This document shows, in pieces, positions 36,120-43,912 of a stretch of DNA of 54,906 bases. Made by a program: the position numbers and the translations under genes. Each line of letters starts with the position of its first letter. Positions within the stretch are counted from its first letter, which is position 1. The notes beneath the pieces were generated by a model, which was given only the letters and a program-made list of their open reading frames with translations, did no database searches and was not told where the DNA came from. This DNA is from a virus (Duplodnaviria; Caudoviricetes): the IMG/VR virus record IMGVR_UViG_3300032303_000606, positions 1-54,906 of that record. One strand, written 5' to 3'.

Positions 36120-36410
36120 GTGATTTAGGTAGAAGATTATCTACCTGAGGGGGTTGCCCCCCTCGCAGATGGGGGAGCAACCCACTCCTCTCTTGACCTG
36201 ACCTGTTAGGCTTGGACCGGAGGGGGTTTGGGGGTGTAACCCCCAAGGTTTTGATTTTGACCCTCAAAGCGCTTTGCGAAGCAAAGCAAGACAACTGGTT
36301 AGGGGAGGAAGGGGGGATTGTAAGGGGGGAGGGCGGCCGAGCGTAGCGAGGTAGGGGCGCCCCCCTTACGTGCCGTGGCGAAGCCACGGTTGCAGCGCAG
36401 CTAAGACTAT
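36120..36410 (+). other. GC-rich hairpin cluster with GNA triloops (ssi/sso-like)
   Basis: TTGGGGGT-GTA-ACCCCCAA, GCTTTGC-GAA-GCAAAGC, GCCGTGGC-GAA-GCCACGGT, and GCGTAGC/GCGCAGC motifs. Confidence 0.6.
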
Positions 36411-36529
36411 TGTTCTCACTCTATACACACTCGCAACTTTCTGAAAATATGGGCGGCTTTTGTTCAACTTTGATGAACATAAAAAAATGGGAATCACGCC
36501 ACTATATGCGCAATTCCCATTCTTTATTA

Positions 36530-36721
36530 CTATCCTTGTACCCGTTCAGCTCGCCACTTCTCGTTAGCAATGATAGTTTCAATAGCAATAATGTAATTAC
36601 TTACATTGAATGCTACACCGTAGATACCAATCTCTTCTACATCATTGAGCAAATGATGACGATAAGATTCCATCTTGTTTACAACGTTGTGCAATTCTTC
36701 CATAACCTCTGGACTAATCAT
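36530..36721 (-). CDS. Hypothetical protein
   Basis: Overlaps the upstream ORF stop; plausible helical protein. Confidence 0.6.
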   Translation of the reverse strand: MISPEVMEELHNVVNKMESYRHHLLNDVEEIGIYGVAFNVSNYIIAIETIIANEKWRAERVQG

Positions 36722-36932
36722 CTAAGTTGTCTTCCACGTCAAGCCACACACTCTCAAGCTCCCACATACGGCTACGCAGGAACTCCATAGCCTTCTTGCG
36801 GTTTTTGTCACCCTTACGTGTGTAACCGATGTCCTGTTCCAAATCGCTATGCACAAGTGCGTACGCTTGTATCAGCTTTTTGGTTTGTGCGATAAATGCC
36901 TTCTGCATTGCTGCTTTATCTTGTTTACCCAT
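36714..36932 (-). CDS. Hypothetical protein
   Basis: AAGGAGA RBS before ATG 36932. Confidence 0.65.
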   Translation of the reverse strand: MGKQDKAAMQKAFIAQTKKLIQAYALVHSDLEQDIGYTRKGDKNRKKAMEFLRSRMWELESVWLDVEDNLDD

Positions 36933-37020
36933 AATTAGGTTATATCTCCTTGTTGGATTTCCATGGCTAGGCCATGTATTTTGGATTTCACACACACGGA
37001 TGTGTATGCGAAGGGTGTTT

Positions 37021-37048
37021 TGAGCCTTTTTGACACATGCTCAGGTGT
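37021..37048 (-). ncRNA. H-type pseudoknot motif, copy 1
   Basis: ACAC-C-TGAGC-AT-GTGT-CAAAAAG-GCTCA; covaries with 51500-51527. Confidence 0.6.
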
Positions 37049-37064
37049 TTTGGCAAACGCAAGT

Positions 37065-37262
37065 CTATTCGACTGGGGGATGCCTTTTCCCGACCAAAGG
37101 AAACTTTTTGACTACTTCTGTTTCGATTAGTTTATCTGCAAACATGCATTCACCTTTTTTGAATGCTTCAAATGCCATATTCATTGCTTCTTCTTGGCTT
37201 TTTGCTTCAAAGAATCCTGATACGTATTCAATGATTTTTCCGTTGATTTCGTATTCTGGCAT
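37065..37262 (-). CDS. Small protein of the 'EA.S.EEA' (DpnD/PcfM-like) family
   Basis: FEAKSQEEAMNMA; TAATG-coupled to the amidotransferase gene. Confidence 0.65.
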   Translation of the reverse strand: MPEYEINGKIIEYVSGFFEAKSQEEAMNMAFEAFKKGECMFADKLIETEVVKKFPLVGKRHPPVE

Positions 37263-38428
37263 TAGTCCCAATCCTCAAATAGGCTTGTGTGACGTGCTTT
37301 GCTTGACCAATGTTCTTCGTAACGCCAGTGTTCGTAGTCTTCGTAGAGTTGTTCTTCGTCTCCGACTACTGCTCCTGTTTCTGAATCGTGGTAGAATCCG
37401 GTTACTTCGTCATATGTGAATGATGCAAGATAGTCTTTGAAGCCTTTTATGAATCCTTTGTCTTCATCATAGTCGATGTCGTCTTCATGTGTTGCTTCTT
37501 CTTGCATTGTGATTTCGTAACCGTCATAGTATGACCATGTTTTACCTACTAGGTTCCAACCTATTTTTAGGTTCTTGTAGTTCCAATCATCTATTTCTTC
37601 TTGTTCCCACTTGTCATAATCGACTGGTTCACAGACTCCATCTCCGTAACCATCCCACTTTGACAATGCACGACTACCATTTGTGATTGAGCGATAGTCG
37701 TAATATGGCTTTTTGTAGGTTACTGGCTCTTCGTAGATTGGGTTTGTTTGTGGTACTGTATCCCAATCTGTGATTATGCCGTTTGCTACTGTGATTGCTG
37801 TGTGTTCTTTTAGGTCCAGAACCCATTCGTATTCTAGTTTCATGCGTTTTAGCGCTTTGTCTAGAATTAGTTCTGTTGATGCGAATACGAATGAACCGTC
37901 CATTAGGTTTGCTATTACTAATGGTGAGTGCTCGATTCTTGCTACATGCAGTTTGCCTGCAGCTCTTTCGTCTAGCCATGCGATTGCTGCGTCGCCTTCA
38001 ATCATCTCTAATCCTTGTAGGCCGTTTTGTTCCAGTGTGGCCGGGATTACTGATGTGTCGACTTCTGGCAGCCATCCTGTTACGTGCTTACGCACGATGT
38101 TGTGGTTCCAGATAACTCCGTTATGCACTAATGCAATGTTGAGGTCTGGTGATATTACTGGATGGTTATTGCGCATGTCTTTGATTGTGCCGTGTGTTGC
38201 CATTCTGGTATGCAGGATAACGTTTTGTGCACGTTTAGGCATTCCGAATGTTTTGAGTTTTGAACCTGGAACATCTTTTTTGAAGATGCCTGATTCTGTT
38301 CCTCTTGACCAAGCAAAGCCTGATGCTTGGTTGCCGCGCGTTTCTAGTTCTGCAAGCATTGCATGACTGAGTTTGCGGGCGTTTACTTTGCTTCCTGATG
38401 CGAGGCTAAATCCGCCAATTCCGCACAT
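37262..38428 (-). CDS. Class II (Ntn) glutamine amidotransferase with acidic C-terminal extension
   Basis: MCGIGG N-terminus (Cys2), RG..ASG, HTRMATHG, NNHP, VHNGVI, VDT. Confidence 0.92.
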   Translation of the reverse strand: MCGIGGFSLASGSKVNARKLSHAMLAELETRGNQASGFAWSRGTESGIFKKDVPGSKLKTFGMPKRAQNVILHTRMATHGTIKDMRNNHPVISPDLNIALVHNGVIWNHNIVRKHVTGWLPEVDTSVIPATLEQNGLQGLEMIEGDAAIAWLDERAAGKLHVARIEHSPLVIANLMDGSFVFASTELILDKALKRMKLEYEWVLDLKEHTAITVANGIITDWDTVPQTNPIYEEPVTYKKPYYDYRSITNGSRALSKWDGYGDGVCEPVDYDKWEQEEIDDWNYKNLKIGWNLVGKTWSYYDGYEITMQEEATHEDDIDYDEDKGFIKGFKDYLASFTYDEVTGFYHDSETGAVVGDEEQLYEDYEHWRYEEHWSSKARHTSLFEDWD

Positions 38429-38565
38429 ATGTTTTTTCCTTCTTTTTGTAGTGGGGGAGCCAGATTGTTCTGACTCCCCCGGTTGGATTTCAGGTTATGC
38501 TAGCATTCCTGCGAATACGATAAACAGGAATACCGTGAGCGCTATAGTCGATGCTATAGCGTCTT

Positions 38566-38904
38566 CTATTTGCTTGTTTTTACCAGCTTAGTTACCTTCT
38601 TCCTTTTATTCCCTGGCGTTCTTTCGAACTCAGGGTTGAACCGCACATATACGGTCCAAGCTTTTTTGTCAGGATGACTGTTTGCTAGGTTGTTTCCTCC
38701 TGTTTGAACTACTTCAATGTTTTTGAAGCTGTCCATTAGACGATAACCCCATGTGTGTTGCCCGATTGTTGCTGGGAACTTACCCCAGCGCATTGGGTTT
38801 GCATACAGCTCTTCAATGAATGCTGTTACGTCGTACTTGGGCTTGCGTCCAAGTCTTGTTTTGGCGATTTCTAGGTCGTCAACCCATTCTACTGCTGGTT
38901 TCAT
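38566..38904 (-). CDS. Hypothetical protein
   Basis: GRKPKYD...LYANP.RW...VYVRF pattern; ATGA overlap with the amidoligase gene. Confidence 0.75.
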   Translation of the reverse strand: MKPAVEWVDDLEIAKTRLGRKPKYDVTAFIEELYANPMRWGKFPATIGQHTWGYRLMDSFKNIEVVQTGGNNLANSHPDKKAWTVYVRFNPEFERTPGNKRKKVTKLVKTSK

Positions 38905-40424
38905 GCTATTGCTATCCTGTTCCGAGACTGGTTGTAACGTGAACCCATTGGGTCATCTACGATTTCTGTCTCTTTGAATGTGGTAAAACCATACTTTGCG
39001 TATAGTTTGATGAATCCTTCTACATCTACGATGTTGAAGAACTCTGTGATTACTGCTCCACGTTTTGCAACTTCTACTAGGCCACGAACCATCCATGCGA
39101 AGAATGTGATTCTGTCATAGTCGAAGTTACAGTTCATTTGACGGAACTCTAGTGTTCCGCGGTCTGATGTAACGTGTAGCGTGTTTACTGCGGTGAACTT
39201 ACCAACGCTGTAAAGTGTTTTGTGACGCAAGGTGTGTGATACTGCTACTCCTGGCACAAGGTCTGCATACTGCTTGCAGCGGTTGTCATTCTCTACATCG
39301 CGACCTGAGATTACATCCCATACACGCTGTGTTAGAGCGTATGCACCTAGAACTACACCAATCTGTACTGCTTCTAGGTCTTTAGCGTATACGTGAATGT
39401 GTGTACCTGCTGTCTCATTCTTTTCTGTATCATCGATTTGAGCCAGAAGTTTCTTGAGTCCTGGATGCTGAGCTCTAGGAATACCGCCTGTTGTACGGTA
39501 TTCGTATGATGAGCATGATGCACAGTCGTCGTAGCCACAGTGTTGTGGGTCGTCGTTTCTGTTGTCACAGTCATCACAGTCGCAGTCGTGATATCTGCAG
39601 TCTGAGCAGCTGCAGTCGCATTCTGAATGGTCACTGTCATATGATTCTACAGAGCCATCTGAACCTCTTTCTACGCCTGGTGGAACTACAACATCTTCAC
39701 CTGGGTTTGGAGCTTCTACTTCCCATCCCCATGTACGAGCTACAAGCATGTTTTCGACTTGACCTTGCCACATTTGAATTTGATTTTCTATGGCTTCTGC
39801 ATCAACTTTTTTGTTTCTGTTTTTGTTGATTTTGTCGCTTAGGCCTCTGTCGCCTGCTTGTTCTTTTGCTTGCCTGTCTTCATATCTTTTGATATTTGCG
39901 ACAGTGTTGTTCCAATACGCTAATGCGTTTCTTAGCGTTTCTGATTCAACTTCTAGGTTGATGATTAATGCTAGCAGTTCTTGATACTGGTAGTAGTTAG
40001 CTACACTGAACTGAGCATATGTGTCATCTTGTCCTGTCCCGATGTTTGCGCTGTGTCTGTCAATCTCGTTTATTAGAGATACTGTCACTGCTCTGTGAAT
40101 CATTGCGTTTACACGGTTTAGTGTGTAGTATTCTGCAACGTTTTGGCCGCGGTTTGCTGTTAGCAAGTTACCTTGTGTATCTAATGCCCATACTCTAAAT
40201 CTCAATGAGTTTCCGTAGACTACATTGATTTCTAGTGCGTCTGTGTCTGGCAATTGATAGAAGGTTCTAATGTTGTCATTAGACCTTTGGTCAGACATTT
40301 CTTGAAGCCAAACTCCGTTTAGCGCTTCTGAGTCAACGAATTGCTCGATTATTGCTGAGACTCGTTGCATTTCTTTTGAGGCCCATTCACTCATGACCTG
40401 CCTTAATGACATTGTTGTTGTCAT
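38901..40424 (-). CDS. Putative amidoligase (COOH-NH2 ligase, Amidoligase_2-like)
   Basis: TWGWEVE, DGSV, YEYRT, TAGTHIHV, KF.AVN, TLEFRQ motifs; adjacent to the GATase gene. Confidence 0.8.
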   Translation of the reverse strand: MTTTMSLRQVMSEWASKEMQRVSAIIEQFVDSEALNGVWLQEMSDQRSNDNIRTFYQLPDTDALEINVVYGNSLRFRVWALDTQGNLLTANRGQNVAEYYTLNRVNAMIHRAVTVSLINEIDRHSANIGTGQDDTYAQFSVANYYQYQELLALIINLEVESETLRNALAYWNNTVANIKRYEDRQAKEQAGDRGLSDKINKNRNKKVDAEAIENQIQMWQGQVENMLVARTWGWEVEAPNPGEDVVVPPGVERGSDGSVESYDSDHSECDCSCSDCRYHDCDCDDCDNRNDDPQHCGYDDCASCSSYEYRTTGGIPRAQHPGLKKLLAQIDDTEKNETAGTHIHVYAKDLEAVQIGVVLGAYALTQRVWDVISGRDVENDNRCKQYADLVPGVAVSHTLRHKTLYSVGKFTAVNTLHVTSDRGTLEFRQMNCNFDYDRITFFAWMVRGLVEVAKRGAVITEFFNIVDVEGFIKLYAKYGFTTFKETEIVDDPMGSRYNQSRNRIAIA

Positions 40425-40425
40425 T

Positions 40426-40773
40426 TTAGTTTCCAATCTCGAAGAAGTATTCTTCGCCTAGTTGATTATTTATTTTTGCTGCATGCATCATTTGAGCGAA
40501 AGTTCCGACAATGAATTCCATGTGTCCGACTTGTATCTCATTTGATGGTATTTCTGTTACTGCTTCTACAGTTTCTAGAAGCTCTAACGTTTTGACAAAT
40601 TGGTAGAAAGAGTATTTTCTTTCTTGCACATTATTTGTAACCCATAGGTTTACCCATGTATTACCTTTTTGCCATGTGAAGAGATATTCTGGCAGTTGTT
40701 TTACCATGAAGTCTTTGCCATCCTCATAGCATTCGATGTCCTGAATTTCTTCATATGTGTACAGTTGTCTCAT
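40426..40773 (-). CDS. Hypothetical protein
   Basis: AGGAGA RBS; tight gene packing. Confidence 0.75.
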   Translation of the reverse strand: MRQLYTYEEIQDIECYEDGKDFMVKQLPEYLFTWQKGNTWVNLWVTNNVQERKYSFYQFVKTLELLETVEAVTEIPSNEIQVGHMEFIVGTFAQMMHAAKINNQLGEEYFFEIGN

Positions 40774-40782
40774 TGTGTTCTC

Positions 40783-41157
40783 CTATTTGAACGTGAGTGG
40801 TGAGTAGTTTGGGTAAGCAAACGCTCTTGTTTGGTAGAAGTAATGCATTGCATCTAATGTTGCTTGATTGAATGCACTTTGATGTTCTAGAGGTATGAAA
40901 TCTACTTCTCTAGTTGCGTACTGGTCTTTGCGTATTGGATACCGCATTTCCAATGTTCCTGAATCACTGATTTGATTTGCTAGCCAGTTTTCTCCAATGA
41001 ACTGAGCAATTTGTTCATTGTCTACATTGTTTGTCTCAATGTATCCGAACCATGTTCCTGTTTCTTTTAGAATGACTGAATGGTATTGCCATTCACCTTC
41101 TTGTTTGTCAACTGCTATTTTGAACAGTTTTCTTGTATCAGCTAATGTTAGCGACAT
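40783..41157 (-). CDS. Hypothetical protein
   Basis: AAAGGA RBS; tight gene packing. Confidence 0.75.
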   Translation of the reverse strand: MSLTLADTRKLFKIAVDKQEGEWQYHSVILKETGTWFGYIETNNVDNEQIAQFIGENWLANQISDSGTLEMRYPIRKDQYATREVDFIPLEHQSAFNQATLDAMHYFYQTRAFAYPNYSPLTFK

Positions 41158-41353
41158 GTTTTTCCTTTGTTATTCCTAACCCGGAGCCGGCTGGCGGGGG
41201 GTCGCAGACTCCCCCTGTCAGTTGGCCTATCGTCACATGCATTTGTTTTAACTCTTTATCTATCTTGTCGAGTTCTTTTCCAATCCGCTTGTATTCTTTT
41301 TTGATTGGACGCATTTTCCACCAGTATATGATTGCTGATTTTTTGATTTTCAT
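41138..41353 (-). CDS. Basic hypothetical protein
   Basis: AGGAGA RBS and ATGA overlap at 41353; 3' part runs through a hairpin. Confidence 0.55.
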   Translation of the reverse strand: MKIKKSAIIYWWKMRPIKKEYKRIGKELDKIDKELKQMHVTIGQLTGGVCDPPPAGSGLGITKEKHVANIS

Positions 41354-41757
41354 TTTTCTCCTATGTTTTTGACCCATGCGAAGGTCAGGATGTAATCATT
41401 GTTGTTGATTACGATTTTGTATGCTGGGTCAACGATTTCTACTAGCTCTCCGTCTTTTCCGTTGATACTTACGTTTTGCATTGTTGAGCCATTGAATTCT
41501 ACTACTTCTCCAATTGACTGCATTGGAACTATCCCTGCGTAATTCATTTTCATCTCTACGCTTGCTGTTATTTGATTTGCTGGGATTATTCCTCCATCCA
41601 TTCTTACAATTCTTGCTGCTTCTGCGAATTGTTTTGTGATGGTGTATGTTGCTGAAATTACTCTAGATTCTAAGAGCGCATTATTTTTTTTATGAGCTTC
41701 TCTTAGGTATCCTTCTAGTGTAATTATTTTTTCTTTGAGTCTGTCTAACTCATCCAT
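41350..41757 (-). CDS. Hypothetical protein with N-terminal coiled coil
   Basis: AAGGAGA RBS before ATG 41757. Confidence 0.75.
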   Translation of the reverse strand: MDELDRLKEKIITLEGYLREAHKKNNALLESRVISATYTITKQFAEAARIVRMDGGIIPANQITASVEMKMNYAGIVPMQSIGEVVEFNGSTMQNVSINGKDGELVEIVDPAYKIVINNNDYILTFAWVKNIGEK

Positions 41758-41819
41758 GTTTATCTCCTTATCCCCCCCTTCCGAGGGCTCGCCGACGCTT
41801 GAAGGAAGGGGGGCATCCA

Positions 41820-42360
41820 TATTTACAAATTACAAATACAAATTACTGATTACTAGAACAATGTAGTTACAGCGATTGATATTGTATGCATCTGCTGATG
41901 AGAATGGCGAGGTTTCAAAATATGGGCGGGTTTGCGATTTGTGGGTGAGAATGGGGGTTGTCGGTGAGATGGGCGACTTTTTTGGATATGCGCGGTTTTG
42001 GTTTTCACTCTCTATCTATGTTATTTATATATATATTATTATATATAATAACTAGTATAGATACTACACTTTGAAAACCGGCCTTTTCTCGATTGAATAT
42101 GGTAGAAATACCCCTCTTTTTACCATATTTGATTACTCTCACTAGCTCCCCAAAGGTCTTATCCGACATTTTTCAAGAAAAAAAATAGTGTTTTTTTTTA
42201 GTTTTTTTGTTGTATTCCTTCATGTCATGCGATAGACTGGTGGTTGAATGTGGTGAGTTTGGCTATATTCAATCTCAAAAAAAAGTTTGAAAAAAGTTGG
42301 TTTTCAACTTGACAAACGAAGAAACACTCCACTAGTATTGGAGTATCAAGAAAAAAGGAG
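41820..42360. promoter_or_regulatory. Divergent control region
   Basis: Non-coding; AT-rich core at 42020-42065; TTGACA-18 nt-TAGTAT at 42309-42338 overlapped by inverted repeat ACTCCA-N7-TGGAGT; TAGACT at 42233. Confidence 0.7.
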
Positions 42361-42365
42361 GCTCA

Positions 42366-42617
42366 ATGCACATCATCAGAAGCGGGGTTTACGACCTAGC
42401 AGTTCAAGAAGTCATGGAAGAACAAATTGTTATAGATATGGTAAATGAACTAAAAGAAATGAACCCAAACATAACACTAGAACAGTTAGAGGGATTCGAG
42501 TTTACACAAAAAGCAAACGCAGAATACCATAACAGAGGTGGCAACAAAGCAAAATATATTGGAACAGTTCCAGAAGCAATCAGAAAACTAATCAAAGGAG
42601 AAGATAACAATGACTAA
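42366..42617 (+). CDS. Early hypothetical protein
   Basis: AAGGAGG RBS; first gene of the rightward block. Confidence 0.8.
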   Translation: MHIIRSGVYDLAVQEVMEEQIVIDMVNELKEMNPNITLEQLEGFEFTQKANAEYHNRGGNKAKYIGTVPEAIRKLIKGEDNND

Positions 42618-42807
42618 AAGATATTCATTTTGGTACTCAGAAGTAGATACATTCAAAGGATACTTTGATGCAGAAAACATAGAGCAAGCAGATGAAATGC
42701 TAAAAATGCTAAATAATGGAGACATTGGTTTAGATGACCTTTCTAATTTTACAAAAGTTTCTAAAGATTATGAACTAATTGCTGAACAAGCAGAATTGGA
42801 GGGATAA
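42610..42807 (+). CDS. Small acidic 'EA.S.EEA'-family protein
   Basis: FDAENIEQADEML; AAGGAGA RBS. Confidence 0.78.
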   Translation: MTKRYSFWYSEVDTFKGYFDAENIEQADEMLKMLNNGDIGLDDLSNFTKVSKDYELIAEQAELEG

Positions 42808-43016
42808 TGCCTAAATACGCATTCAACTTATGGGAAGAAAGTAAGTGGGCTATTTCTTTTGAAGCAGATAGCCTAGAACACGCGAAAGAACTTTTGCAGG
42901 AAGCAGAAGAAGACATGAGCATAGATGACCTACCAGAGATGGAGCGCTATTTTAGAAAAGGTAGCGAAAACTGGGACATTGAGACACTTCAAGAATATAA
43001 CATAAAGGATAACTAA
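42807..43016 (+). CDS. Small acidic 'EA.S.EEA'-family protein
   Basis: FEADSLEHAKELL; TAATG coupling. Confidence 0.78.
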   Translation: MPKYAFNLWEESKWAISFEADSLEHAKELLQEAEEDMSIDDLPEMERYFRKGSENWDIETLQEYNIKDN

Positions 43017-43207
43017 TGAGCGAAATGAAAGCGCTACAAGCACTAGTAAATGAAACAGTCCTAAACGCTAAGTATGTGGAACAGTTTGGTGAGCCAGAGG
43101 TAAATACAATTCCTTTACTTGTAAAACACCTAACAGCACTACAAGCGTCTAGCACTTTTGCACTAAAGCGTGCAGAAAATCTATTGAGGAGGAAAAATAA
43201 TGACTAA
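43016..43207 (+). CDS. Hypothetical protein
   Basis: Coupled start. Confidence 0.7.
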   Translation: MSEMKALQALVNETVLNAKYVEQFGEPEVNTIPLLVKHLTALQASSTFALKRAENLLRRKNND

Positions 43208-43382
43208 ATATGTAAAGCACCTAACACTAGAAGAACTTGCTGAAAGATTGGCAGGCGAATTAGTTGACACACACAGGGATACTGGTATAGACTTAGGCTA
43301 CTGGGAAACCGCAAGAGAACTCGTAGAGCGATTTTACGATGTCCGAGTACACCTAACCATTTCTAAAAAGGAGGCAAAATAA
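43200..43382 (+). CDS. Hypothetical protein
   Basis: GAGGAGG RBS. Confidence 0.72.
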   Translation: MTKYVKHLTLEELAERLAGELVDTHRDTGIDLGYWETARELVERFYDVRVHLTISKKEAK

Positions 43383-43468
43383 TGGGTAAGATGAAAGATA
43401 TTTACACAGACCTACAAGATGTAGAAGTAATTCTATTGGAGGAGGCTCAAAGTAGCGAGCAAGCGTAA
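43382..43468 (+). CDS. 28-aa peptide
   Basis: AAGGAGG RBS with TAATG coupling; MGKMKDIYTDLQ... Confidence 0.6.
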   Translation: MGKMKDIYTDLQDVEVILLEEAQSSEQA

Positions 43469-43580
43469 GTGTGGCTTTTGCATGACTGGCCATCACCAGA
43501 ATTGCAAGCCCACTATTATATATTATGATAAGATATGGCATTGTGAATGCGAGTGCCGAGAGACAAAGGAGAACGAATGA
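43452..43580 (+). CDS. Cys/His-rich mini-protein with non-canonical (GTA) or mutated start
   Basis: KCGFCMTGHHQNC...WHCECEC; GGAGG RBS before GTA; ATGA overlap with the next gene. Confidence 0.5.
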   Translation, partial: VASKRKCGFCMTGHHQNCKPTIIYYDKIWHCECECRETKENE

Positions 43581-43762
43581 GTATATATACAATCCACCAG
43601 CGAGCCGAAATTTGGTACGAAGTCAAAGTTGAGGCAGACTCACCAGAAGAAGCCAGGCGAAAGGCTTGGGAAAATGATGTCCTAGATGGCTGGGAGCAGT
43701 TGCCAGATAGTCTAACTTTTCAAGATGAATTTGACATCATGGAAGTAGAGGAGGTAGAATGA
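43577..43762 (+). CDS. Small acidic 'EA.S.EEA'-family protein
   Basis: VEADSPEEARRKA; AAGGAGA RBS before ATG 43577. Confidence 0.78.
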   Translation: MSIYTIHQRAEIWYEVKVEADSPEEARRKAWENDVLDGWEQLPDSLTFQDEFDIMEVEEVE

Positions 43763-43899
43763 CTAACCAAATATACTGCCCACAATGCGACGAGATAACT
43801 TCTCAGGGCGCATTAGATAAATGGGGCATGTGTCACAACTGCGAAAAGCAGACATGCCCAGAATGCGGACAAGTGTTCTGCAACCACAACTATTCCTAA
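43759..43899 (+). CDS. 46-aa zinc-finger mini-protein (not in ORF track)
   Basis: GAGGAGG RBS; CPQC...CHNC...CPEC...CNH. Confidence 0.7.
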   Translation: MTNQIYCPQCDEITSQGALDKWGMCHNCEKQTCPECGQVFCNHNYS

Positions 43900-43912
43900 G
43901 GAGGAACAAAAT

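Noticed and set aside
36100-36387. N-terminal 96 aa of the 252-aa ORF 35629..36387
   Set aside because: It runs through the GC-rich hairpin cluster; a good RBS supports the ATG at 36099
38495-38587. Short TM-coding frame (..IEDAIASTIALTVFLFIVFAGMLA) overlapping the end of 38566..38904
   Set aside because: No canonical start and no standard slippery heptamer; it may be a remnant and cannot be supported as a gene
41821-41850. TACAAAT-type short tandem repeat
   Set aside because: Only three degenerate copies in AT-rich DNA, too weak to assign a function
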